NCBI GenBank assembly: GCA_964458605.1
Contig: CAYWLS010000008.1
Location: forward strand, 73,190-137,189
DNA from: an uncultured Hyphomicrobiales bacterium
GTDB lineage: Bacteria; Pseudomonadota; Alphaproteobacteria; Reyranellales; JAQSWP01
Direction of reading: 5' to 3'
Length of the DNA stretch: 64,000 nt
Shown: positions 19,146 to 30,078 of the stretch, piece by piece
Layout of the letters: the number at the start of each line of letters is the position of its first letter
How positions within the stretch are numbered: position 1 is the stretch's first letter
Made by a program: the position numbers and the translations under genes
Notes under the pieces: generated by a model
Told to the model about the DNA's origin: nothing
The model's database searches: none
What the model saw: the letters and a program-made list of their open reading frames with translations, nothing else

Positions 19146-21746
19146 TCAGCGGTCGCTGTCGTGGTCGATCAGCGTCTCGATCATGCGGCGCAGCGCTTCG
19201 AGCTCGTAGGGCTTTTCCAGCACCTGAACTCGATCGGACAGCAGTCCTGCCAGGGCCTCGCGCGAACGGCCGGTGATGAGGACGGCCGGCAGGCCCGGAC
19301 GCGCGGCGCGCGCCTTCTGCACCAGTTCGCCGCCATTCATGCCCGGCAGGCCGTAATCTGTCAGAAGCACGGCGATCTCGCCGCTGCGCGCCAGAATCTG
19401 CAGGGCGCTGTCGCCGCCGCCGGCTTCCAGCACCTCGTAGCCGCAGTCGCGCAGATACTCGCTGGTGCTGAGCCTTATCAGCGCATCGTCCTCGACCACC
19501 AGCACGGCGGGCCGCTTGGCGGCCGGCGCCACCGCGGCCTTGGGCAGGGCAGCGATCGTGGTCAACACCGGCGGCGGCGCCGGCGAGCGTGGCGCCGCGC
19601 CCGGCCGCTTGCCGAGCGCGGTGCGGATCTTGCGCGCCAGATCGTCCTGGCGATAGGGCTTGCTCAGCAGCAGGACGCCCTCGTCGAGACGGCCGTCATG
19701 GATGATGGCGTTCTCGGTGTAGCCCGACGTATACAGCACCGCCATGTTGGGCAGCCGCGTCTGCGCCTCGCGGACGAATTCGCGCGTCTTGATCTGGCCC
19801 GGCATCACCACATCGGTGAACAACAGGTCGACCACCGCGCCGCTCGCCAGGATGGCCAGCGCGGCATCGGCGCTGTCGGCCTGCAGCACCCGGTAGTTCA
19901 GCCCGACCAGCATATCGACCACGCCGGACCGCACCGCCGCGTCGTCTTCGACCACCAGCACCGTCTCGCCGTCGCCATGCTCGGCCCGCGACAGCGGCTC
20001 GACATCGACGGCCTCGGCCAGCTTGGTGCGCGGCATGTAGAGCTTGATCGTCGTGCCGTGGCCAGGCTCGCTATAGATCTTGACATGCCCGCCCGACTGC
20101 TTGACGTAGCCGTAGACCTGGCTCAGGCCCAGCCCGGTGCCCTCGCCTTCGGCCTTGGTGGTGAAGAACGGCTCGAAGGCTCGCGCGATGGTGTCGGCCG
20201 TCATGCCCACGCCGGTATCGCTGACCGCCAGCATGACGTACTGGCCCGGCTGTACCTCGACATGCTCCGCGGCATAGACCTCGTCGAGGAAGGCATTGGC
20301 CACTTCGATGGTCAGCTTGCCGCCCTCCGGCATGGCGTCGCGGGCGTTGATTGCGAGGTTGAGGACGGCGTTCTCGACCTGGCTGATGTCGGCCATCGCC
20401 GTCCACAACCCGCCCGCCACCACGGTCTCGACCTCGATGCGCTCGCCCAGCGAACGCTTCAGCAGGTCGGTCATGCCGCGCACCAGCTTGCCCAGATCGA
20501 TCGGCCGGGGATCGAGCGGCTGACGGCGCGCAAAGGCCAGGAGCTGGCGCGTCAGGCGTGCGCCGCGCTCGGTGCCGGCGATCGCCGCCTGGAGCCGGCG
20601 GGAGATGCGTTCGTCGCCCTTGAAGTCCTTCGACAGCAGGTCGAGATTGCTGCCGATCACCTGCAGCAGGTTGTTGAAGTCGTGGGCCACGCCGCCGGTC
20701 AGGTGGCCGACGGCTTCCAGCTTCTGCGACTGGCGGATGATGTTTTCGGCGCGATTGCGCCGCGTCACGTCCTCGACCGACACCAGCAGTCCGCCGTCGG
20801 GCATGATGTCGCGCACCACCTCGACCTCGCGCGCACCGACATTGACCAATAGCGGCACGGGTGGCGAACCGACCGGCGCCGACGCAACCGGCAGATTGTC
20901 CAGCGCGCGTTGCGGGCGCTGCGCTTCGGCGGCGTGCAGGATCTTGAGTGTGGTGCCCGGAACCGCCAGCTCGTCGGAGAAGTCCAGCAGGTTGAAGAAA
21001 TTGCGGTTGAACGCCGACAGCCGCCCCGACGGGCTGAAGAAAGCGATGCCATCGCGAATGTTGTCCAGCGTGGCCTGCAGCACGGTGCTCTGGCGCTCCA
21101 TGCGGCGCTCGGCGCGACGCAGGCGCAAGTTGCTGACCATCAGCACCAGCGAGCCGATCACAATCACCAGCAGGCCCAGCACGCTGCCGGCCACCGCCAC
21201 CACCAGCACGCGATGCTGCGTTTCGTCGGACTGCTCCAGCCGGGCGTTGAGCTTGCGGCTTTCCTCGCCGGTCATTTCGTTGATCAGGCCGCGGATGTCG
21301 TCCATCAGCTTCTTGCCCGAATCGGTCAGCACCAGTTCGCGCGCCGCGTCGAAGCTCTGTTTCTGCGCCATGTCGACCGTGGTCTGCAGTTCCTGGACCT
21401 TCTGCGCCACCAACTGGCTCAGCGTCGCCATGCGGCGCTGCTGCGCCGGATCGCCGTCAACGAGCTGGCCAAGCCGGGACAGGCCTTCGGCGATGGCCGG
21501 TCGGGCTTCGTGGTAGGGCGCGAGGTAGTTGGGCCGCTGGGTAAGGATGTAGCCGCGTTGCCCGGTCTCGGCCGCCTGCACGGCGTTGAGCAGGTCCTGG
21601 GCGGCATCGATCACGCTATCGGTGCGGACGAGGAGGGCGCGGTTTTCGCGCAGATTGCTGCTGAACTGGACCGTCAGATAAGCCGCCAAGGCCAGCAGCA
21701 GCAGCACCGGCATCAGCACGAACAGGATACGGCCCGCCGATCGCAT
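19146..21746 (-). CDS. Hybrid sensor histidine kinase (CHASE3-TM-PAS-HisKA-HATPase-REC-REC)
   Basis: AETGQRGYILT (CHASE3), AHDFNNLL H-box, NARDAM, DTGVG, FFTTK, GTGLGL, two receivers (LFTDVVMPG, LLTDYGLPG). Confidence 0.93.
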   Translation of the reverse strand: MRSAGRILFVLMPVLLLLALAAYLTVQFSSNLRENRALLVRTDSVIDAAQDLLNAVQAAETGQRGYILTQRPNYLAPYHEARPAIAEGLSRLGQLVDGDPAQQRRMATLSQLVAQKVQELQTTVDMAQKQSFDAARELVLTDSGKKLMDDIRGLINEMTGEESRKLNARLEQSDETQHRVLVVAVAGSVLGLLVIVIGSLVLMVSNLRLRRAERRMERQSTVLQATLDNIRDGIAFFSPSGRLSAFNRNFFNLLDFSDELAVPGTTLKILHAAEAQRPQRALDNLPVASAPVGSPPVPLLVNVGAREVEVVRDIMPDGGLLVSVEDVTRRNRAENIIRQSQKLEAVGHLTGGVAHDFNNLLQVIGSNLDLLSKDFKGDERISRRLQAAIAGTERGARLTRQLLAFARRQPLDPRPIDLGKLVRGMTDLLKRSLGERIEVETVVAGGLWTAMADISQVENAVLNLAINARDAMPEGGKLTIEVANAFLDEVYAAEHVEVQPGQYVMLAVSDTGVGMTADTIARAFEPFFTTKAEGEGTGLGLSQVYGYVKQSGGHVKIYSEPGHGTTIKLYMPRTKLAEAVDVEPLSRAEHGDGETVLVVEDDAAVRSGVVDMLVGLNYRVLQADSADAALAILASGAVVDLLFTDVVMPGQIKTREFVREAQTRLPNMAVLYTSGYTENAIIHDGRLDEGVLLLSKPYRQDDLARKIRTALGKRPGAAPRSPAPPPVLTTIAALPKAAVAPAAKRPAVLVVEDDALIRLSTSEYLRDCGYEVLEAGGGDSALQILARSGEIAVLLTDYGLPGMNGGELVQKARAARPGLPAVLITGRSREALAGLLSDRVQVLEKPYELEALRRMIETLIDHDSDR

Positions 21747-21903
21747 GACTCTTCCCCAGCTTCTTCTTGTCATCGCGCCGTTGCGCTAGCGAGTGGTAGA
21801 GGCCAAACGCCGGCACTGGCCGGCAGCCGCAGACATTATCCTCGCCTCACGCCTGCGTAAACCGCTTCGGCGGAGAGATCCCGCGCAATGCCGCGGAACC
21901 CAG

Positions 21904-21985
21904 GCACAATCGGTCCGTTTCGGCATCGCCATGCCGCTGCCCACGCACAACCGGTCCGTTTCGGCATGGCGATGCCGCTGCCATC
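21904..21985. repeat. Two tandem 41-bp imperfect repeats, each with a CGGCAT-N4-ATGCCG hairpin
   Basis: Units start GCACAA(T/C)CGGTCCGTTTCGGCAT at 21904 and 21945; a partial third GCACAACCG lies at 22016. Confidence 0.85.
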
Positions 21986-22075
21986 GTGGCACGGTCGCTC
22001 ATGGCCCAATCGCTGGCACAACCGCCCGACCGGCCACCCCTTCCCGCTCCATCGCCCGACGGCACGGCGGTGCCG

Positions 22076-22225
22076 GCGGGCGAGCAGCCGGCCCGGCCAC
22101 GAGGCGGCGCCATCGATATCGGCGCGGCCGGCTGCACTGCCGCCGTTCATATCGTGCATCGCGCGCAGCGCTGTGGGCATCAGCTCGTAGCGCGCGCCCA
22201 GCACCCGCCGATAGAGCGAGGGCGC
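22076..22225 (-). pseudogene. Fragment resembling the N-terminus of DUF4166 proteins
   Basis: APSLYRRVLGARYELMPTALRAMHDMNGGSAAGRADIDGAASWPGRLLAR; no in-frame start with RBS, and similarity is lost after about 50 aa. Family call is from memory. Confidence 0.5.
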
Positions 22226-22259
22226 GACCTGGCCCGACCGGTCGCCGGTAGAGTCATAA

Positions 22260-22340
22260 CCGCAGTTCACGTCGCCTGGGATGATAACGCAGCCCACGTC
22301 GCCTAGGATGGTATCGCGGCTCGCGTCGCCTGGGATGGTG
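22260..22340. repeat. Three tandem 27-bp imperfect repeats (core CGTCGCCTRGGATG)
   Basis: Cores at 22270, 22297 and 22324. Confidence 0.85.
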
Positions 22341-22425
22341 ATGGGGTCCCGGGTCGGCCTGGGTCGGCACGCCACCGGCCATCGCGCGGACCGGGGCACG
22401 ATGGCGTGGCGTCTGTCCGTCCCGA

Positions 22426-22899
22426 TCAGAACGGAATGTCGTCGTCCAGATCGCCCTTGCCGCCGCGAGTCGGGGCTGGTGGCGCGCCACCGCCGTCGTC
22501 CATGCCCCCGCCGTAATCGCTGCCCATGTCGCCGCCGCCGCCGCCGCTGCGGCCATCGAGCATGGTCATGACGCCGTTGAAGCGCGGCAACACGACTTCG
22601 GTGGTGTATTTCTCGACGCCGGACTGGTCGGTCCATTTGCGGGTCTGCAGCTGGCCTTCCAGATAGACCTTGGAACCCTTGCGCAGGTATTTCTGCGCGG
22701 TTTCGGCCAGCCGCTCGTTGAAGATCACCACGCGATGCCATTCGGTGCGCTCCTTGCGCTCGCCCGAGGCCTTGTCGCGCCAGTTCTCCGACGTCGCCAC
22801 CGAAAGCTGCACGATCAGGCCGCCCGCCTGGGTGTGCCGCACCTCAGGATCGCGACCCAGATTGCCGACCAGAATGACCTTGTTGACGCTGCCCGCCAT
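22426..22899 (-). CDS. ssb: Single-stranded DNA-binding protein
   Basis: [23 protein letters not shown], Gly-rich linker, DDDIPF tail. Confidence 0.99.
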   Translation of the reverse strand: MAGSVNKVILVGNLGRDPEVRHTQAGGLIVQLSVATSENWRDKASGERKERTEWHRVVIFNERLAETAQKYLRKGSKVYLEGQLQTRKWTDQSGVEKYTTEVVLPRFNGVMTMLDGRSGGGGGDMGSDYGGGMDDGGGAPPAPTRGGKGDLDDDIPF

Positions 22900-23017
22900 T
22901 TGCCCCGTCCATTTCCATATGTTGGCGCGACTTTAGCGCCCCGCCCGATCCGGCGCCACCGTCACGCCGCCGCAGATATTAACAGGGTCGTCTACGGTTG
23001 CATATATTCCGTTAATA

Positions 23018-23572
23018 CTACTTATACTTGTGGCCGGCATGGTCGTGGGAATGGTCATGACCGTGGGAATTGTCATGGCCGTGGCCATGGCTGTGGTCGT
23101 GCGGATGGGGATGGATGGGATCGACCCAGTACACCGTTTCGGGCTTTTCGACCGGCTCGATATCGAGGTTGACCGCGACCGGATCCTGGCCCGACCGCAG
23201 CAGCACGCATTGCAGGTCGTTGTCGGCGCTGGCGTTGATCTCCTGGTGCGGCACATAAGGCGGCACATAGATGAAATCGCCCGGTCCGGCCTCGGCGACG
23301 TATTCCAGATTGTCGCCCCAGCGCATGCGGGCGCGCCCCGACACGACGTAGATGACGCTCTCGAGCTCGCCATGATGATGGGCGCCGGTCTTGGCGTTGG
23401 CATGGATGGTGACGGTGCCGGCCCAGATCTTCTGCGCCCCGACGCGGGCGTGATTGATGGCCGCCTGGCGATACATGCCGGGCGTCTGGGCGGTGTTGGG
23501 ATCGAGCTTGTCGCCGGGGATCACGCGCACCCCGTTGTCGCGCCAATCGGTCGTCTGCTTGGAATCGGTCAT
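23018..23572 (-). CDS. Cupin-domain protein with His-rich C-terminal tail
   Basis: GAHHHGELESVIYVVSG and VPHQEIN cupin motifs; tail HPHPHDHSHGHGHDNSHGHDHSHDHAGH. Confidence 0.9.
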   Translation of the reverse strand: MTDSKQTTDWRDNGVRVIPGDKLDPNTAQTPGMYRQAAINHARVGAQKIWAGTVTIHANAKTGAHHHGELESVIYVVSGRARMRWGDNLEYVAEAGPGDFIYVPPYVPHQEINASADNDLQCVLLRSGQDPVAVNLDIEPVEKPETVYWVDPIHPHPHDHSHGHGHDNSHGHDHSHDHAGHKYK

Positions 23573-23883
23573 CTTTGGTCCCTCCGTCGGCCCGCTTCTA
23601 CCCGCTTCGGCCAGCACTTGACCGTCCTCTTACACGGTCCGGGCTGCCGGCGAAATGCTGGCAATGGCCCCACCGAAAAGGCGGAAAAGTCATACGCCGG
23701 TCCAGTCCTTTGCGCGGCACCCAGATACCCACAGCGGGCAGGGCTTTTCCACCCTCGCCAAAGCGCAGGCCGGACGCATAATGCAAGCAGATCTGCGGTT
23801 TTGGCACTGGCAATAAACCCGTGCCATTGCCATGTATCGGGGCTCCCCAATCGCCGGCAGGGCAGCGGAATTCCAGCGTTTCC

Positions 23884-26742
<2,859 letters not shown>

Positions 26743-26773
26743 CTACGCTGGTAAAATTGCTCGATCTGCGTTA

Positions 26774-26787
26774 GGTTACATGTAACC
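26774..26787. promoter_or_regulatory. Perfect palindrome GGTTACATGTAACC, putative TA autoregulatory operator
   Basis: 14-bp palindrome directly upstream of the AGGAG RBS of the antitoxin. Confidence 0.7.
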
Positions 26788-26798
26788 AGGAGCGCGAT

Positions 26799-27023
26799 AT
26801 GCCGACAGCGCCAAATCCCAAGTCGTCCCGTATAAAGGTGCGTGAGCATCGCGAGCGCTTGCGGCAGCAAGGTTTGCGGCCAATCCAAATCTGGGTGCCG
26901 GACGTCCGCTCCCCGTCGTTCAAGGCCCAAGCCCGACGTCAATCGCGTCTTATAGGCGCCAGCGCTGCCGAGCGTGACGATCAAGTTTTCATCGATGATA
27001 TATCCGAACTCAGCGATCAATGA
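26799..27023 (+). CDS. Antitoxin, MazE-like/DUF3018 family
   Basis: HRERLRQQGLRPIQIWVPDVRSPSF; ATGA overlap with the toxin. Confidence 0.88.
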   Translation: MPTAPNPKSSRIKVREHRERLRQQGLRPIQIWVPDVRSPSFKAQARRQSRLIGASAAERDDQVFIDDISELSDQ

Positions 27024-27373
27024 AACGCGGTGAGCTCTGGACCGTCTCGGGTAGCGCTGATTACGCCGGCAAGCCTAGACCGGCTGTCATCGTTCAAGAC
27101 GATAGTTTTTCCGATACAGCATCCGTCATGATATGCGCCTTTACCAGCAACGATACCCAAGCTCCTCTTTTTCGTCTCCTTGTAACGCCGAATGAAAGAA
27201 ACGGCTTGCGTGCTCCGTCCCGACTCATGATCGATAAGATCACCACCGTCGCCAGATCCAAATTGAGGAGCCGCATCGGACGTTTGGACGACGAAGATAT
27301 CGTCCGCCTCAATCGCGCAGTCTTGGTGTTCCTTGGTCTGGCGATAACGCCGGCAAGCAGTCGGCGCCAATGA
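27020..27373 (+). CDS. PemK/MazF family type II toxin (endoribonuclease)
   Basis: MKRGELWTV...GKPRPAVIVQDD...SRLMIDKITTV...IGRL. Confidence 0.92.
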   Translation: MKRGELWTVSGSADYAGKPRPAVIVQDDSFSDTASVMICAFTSNDTQAPLFRLLVTPNERNGLRAPSRLMIDKITTVARSKLRSRIGRLDDEDIVRLNRAVLVFLGLAITPASSRRQ

Positions 27374-27407
27374 CATTGGGCAATCCGCTGACAAAAGTTG
27401 CCGCCTG

Positions 27408-28109
27408 ATGTGCGGACGTTTCGTACAGACCCGACCACCGGACGAGCTGCGCAAGCGGTTCAAGACCAAGAACCCGCTGGTCAATCCCGATCCGTCGCAC
27501 AACATCGCGCCGACCCAGACGGCGTTGGTGGTGCGCTGGAATCGCGAGACCGACGAGCGCAGCCTGGACAAGCTGCGCTGGGGGCTGGTGCCGATGGGTG
27601 CGCCCGACCTGTCCTTCGCCGCCAAGCAGATCAACGCCCGCGCCGAGACCCTGACCGAGCGGCCTGCCTATCGCGAGGCCTATGTCAAACGTCGCTGCCT
27701 GGTGCCGATCGATGCCTTCTACGAGTGGGAGAAGCGTCCCGATAGCACCAAGCAGCCTTATGCCGTGGCCATGCCCGATGGCGAGCCGATGGTGCTGGGC
27801 GGCTTGTGGGAACGCTGGCGCGACAAGGCCACGCGCGAGATCACGCGCAGCTTCGCCATCGTCACCGTGCCGGCCAGCGACCAGCTCAGACCCCTGCACG
27901 AGCGCATGCCGCTGATCCTGGAAGAGAAGGACTGGCCGGCCTGGCTGGGCGAGACCCATGCCGATCCCGCCCCGCTGCTGCGCAGCTATAGCCGGGAACT
28001 GCGGGTCTGGCCGGTGTCCACGCGCGTCAACTCGGTCAGGAACAACGATTCCAGCCTGCTCGACGAGGTGGCGCCACCGCCCCTTGCCGGCGATCCCCCC
28101 AAACCATGA
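27408..28109 (+). CDS. SOS response-associated peptidase (SRAP/YedK/HMCES abasic-site crosslinking protein)
   Basis: N-terminal MCGRF, NARAET, RRCLVP...FYEW, HERMPLIL, NSVRNN. Confidence 0.95.
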   Translation: MCGRFVQTRPPDELRKRFKTKNPLVNPDPSHNIAPTQTALVVRWNRETDERSLDKLRWGLVPMGAPDLSFAAKQINARAETLTERPAYREAYVKRRCLVPIDAFYEWEKRPDSTKQPYAVAMPDGEPMVLGGLWERWRDKATREITRSFAIVTVPASDQLRPLHERMPLILEEKDWPAWLGETHADPAPLLRSYSRELRVWPVSTRVNSVRNNDSSLLDEVAPPPLAGDPPKP

Positions 28110-28115
28110 TTGGCG

Positions 28116-28491
28116 CTACGGCTTGGCGCTGTCCTGGCCGAACACGACGCGATGGCCGTCGATCGTGGTAACCACGATCTCGCGCATGCCGTAATCGGTA
28201 TCGCGCGGCGGCGTACAATCGCCGCCACGCGCGGACGGCTCGCGATGCAGGGCATCGACATGGTCGGCATGCAGATAGGTGAACCAGCTGTGCGAGCCGG
28301 TCTGGCCCGCCGGCAGGTCGGTGGGGCAATGGCCCAGCATCACGCGCACCCCGTCGCGCACCGCCAGCCGCCAGTCGCTGCCTTCGGGCCATTCGATGCG
28401 AAAGCCCAGCACGTCCCGATAATAGGCGGCGCTCCTTTCCAGGTCGCGCACCGCCAGCACACAGGCGAAATGGCTGATCTTGCCCGCCCAT
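28116..28491 (-). pseudogene. VOC/glyoxalase-bleomycin resistance family gene with an apparent 1-nt frameshift right after the start codon
   Basis: VLAVRDLERSAAYYRDVLGF...YGMRE...DGHRVVF; the RBS-preceded ATG (GGAG-ATG, 28491) is one base out of frame with this sequence. Confidence 0.65.
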
Positions 28492-28518
28492 CTCCGCCTA
28501 CCCCCGCCGGGCGGCCGC

Positions 28519-28992
28519 CTAGGCCGCATCATAGACCGCCTGCAAGGTGGCAATGTCGAGCTTCTGCATCTTCATCACGGCCTCCATCACCGCCTTCGCC
28601 TTGGCGGGGCTACCCTCGTGCAGCATCTTACGCAATTCGATCGGCACGATCTGCCACGACAGGCCGTATCGGTCCTTGACCCATCCGCATTGCCCGCTGC
28701 CGTCGGCGGACAGCTTGGCCCACATCGCTTCGATCTCGTTCTGGTCGCGGCAGTTGACGGTGAGGGAAATCGCCTCGCTGAACTTGAAGAACGGTCCGCC
28801 GTTGAGCGCCACGAAATCCTGGCCATCGAGCGTGAATTCGACCGTCAGCACCTGGCCCGCCTTGCCGCCAGGGCCATCCGCGGCATACCGCGTGACGGTA
28901 CCCAGTCGGGAATTGGCGAACACCGACACATAGAAGCGCGCGGCCTCCTCGGCCTGGGTGTCGAACCACAAGCTGGTGACGATCTTCTGCAT
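28519..28992 (-). CDS. VOC family protein, PhnB/3-demethylubiquinone-9 3-methyltransferase-like
   Basis: AEEAARFYVSVF, ALNGGP.FKFSEAIS, CGWVKDRYGLSWQI. Confidence 0.92.
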   Translation of the reverse strand: MQKIVTSLWFDTQAEEAARFYVSVFANSRLGTVTRYAADGPGGKAGQVLTVEFTLDGQDFVALNGGPFFKFSEAISLTVNCRDQNEIEAMWAKLSADGSGQCGWVKDRYGLSWQIVPIELRKMLHEGSPAKAKAVMEAVMKMQKLDIATLQAVYDAA

Positions 28993-29047
28993 GGCGCACT
29001 CCTCGATGGAAAAGAGATTCTACCGTTAGACCATCCGGGCGGTTCTC

Positions 29048-29776
29048 CTAGCGGCCGCCGGCCACGTCGATATTGGCGCCGGTGACGTAGGACGACGCGT
29101 CGCTCAGCAGCCAGACGATGGCCTGGGCGACTTCCTCGGCACGGCCGGCGCGACCCAGCGGCGTCTGCGCCCCCAGCATGTGCGCCCGATCGGGTCGGCC
29201 GCCGCTGGCATGGATGTCGGTGTCGATCAGACCCGGCCGCACCGCATTGACCCGCACGCCCTTTGGCGCCAGTTCCCTGGCCAGGCCGACCGTCAGGGTG
29301 TCGATCGCGCCCTTGCTGCCGGCATAGTCGACATATTCGTTGGGTGCGCCCAGCCGGGCGGCCATCGACGATACCAGCACGATCGCCCCGCCACGCTTCA
29401 CCCGTCGCGCCGCCTCGCGTGCGGTGAGGTAGGCGCCGATCGCATTGACCTCGAAGACGCGGCGCAGCCGGTCGACGGAAATTTCCGCAAGCGTCGCCGC
29501 CGGCGCGACGATGCCGGCATTGATCACAACGCCGCGCAACGCACCCAGTGCCTCCGCCGCATCGAACAGCGCTGCCACGTCGGCCTCGCTGGCGACGTCG
29601 CCCGCCACCGCGACGGCCGTCCCGCCGGCCTGCTCGACCGCCCGCAGCGTGGCATCGGCGGCATCGCGCCGCGCGGCGTAGCCGATGGCCGGCGACCAGC
29701 CATGCCGCGCCGCCAAGATCGCGGTGGCCCGACCGATGCCCCGGCTGCCGCCGGTGATGACCAGGCTCTGGCTCAT
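29048..29776 (-). CDS. SDR family oxidoreductase
   Basis: TGGSRGIG, NAG, YAGSKGA, VNAVRPGLIDT. Confidence 0.92.
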   Translation of the reverse strand: MSQSLVITGGSRGIGRATAILAARHGWSPAIGYAARRDAADATLRAVEQAGGTAVAVAGDVASEADVAALFDAAEALGALRGVVINAGIVAPAATLAEISVDRLRRVFEVNAIGAYLTAREAARRVKRGGAIVLVSSMAARLGAPNEYVDYAGSKGAIDTLTVGLARELAPKGVRVNAVRPGLIDTDIHASGGRPDRAHMLGAQTPLGRAGRAEEVAQAIVWLLSDASSYVTGANIDVAGGR

Positions 29777-29992
29777 GCCCCACACTCCTACCGGCACGCC
29801 GAAGGCGTAGCCCGACCAACCTCGACGGCCAACCCGACAGGGGATGCGCAGGCCTGCCCGATATGAGGGTGCAAACCTGGCCGGCTCAAGCGGGGACCGT
29901 CGCCTGCCCAATAAGCATAGTGGTTATTTGCTATGCAGCATTTGCGCTTAGGGCCTTGTTTCTGTTATGAAATTTTCCGACACCCTCAAAAA

Positions 29993-30036
29993 TTAATAAG
30001 TTGTAAATTGACACTTAACTTATACCAGTGGATAGT
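29993..30036 (+). promoter_or_regulatory. Sigma70-like promoter (TTGACA-N17-GATAGT) overlapped by a TTAA-N7-TAAA-N7-TTAAC array (CtrA-box-like)
   Basis: TTGACA 30008-30013, GATAGT 30031-30036; half-sites at 29993, 30004 and 30015 in a strongly AT-rich stretch. Confidence 0.55.
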
Positions 30037-30078
30037 TCGTGAGTTGCGCATATGCAACGCACCTGTTGGGGGTCCTTC

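Noticed and set aside
21904-22340. Possible CRISPR mini-array
   Set aside because: Units are 27 and 41 bp with no unique 30-40-bp spacers, only 2-3 copies, and there are no cas genes in the window.
23801-23832. TGGCAC/TGGCAA ... GTGCCA/TTGCCA interleaved inverted repeats (pseudoknot or sigma54 promoter) upstream of uvrA
   Set aside because: GG-to-GC spacing does not fit -24/-12, and the 6-bp stems are too short to be significant in GC-rich DNA.
22900-23883. Alphaproteobacterial LexA box (GTTC-N7-GTTC) upstream of ssb or uvrA
   Set aside because: Not found by eye. The nearest candidates (CTTC repeat with 10-bp period at 23595/23605; GAAT-N5-CAAC) have the wrong spacing. A PWM scan would be needed to exclude a weak site.
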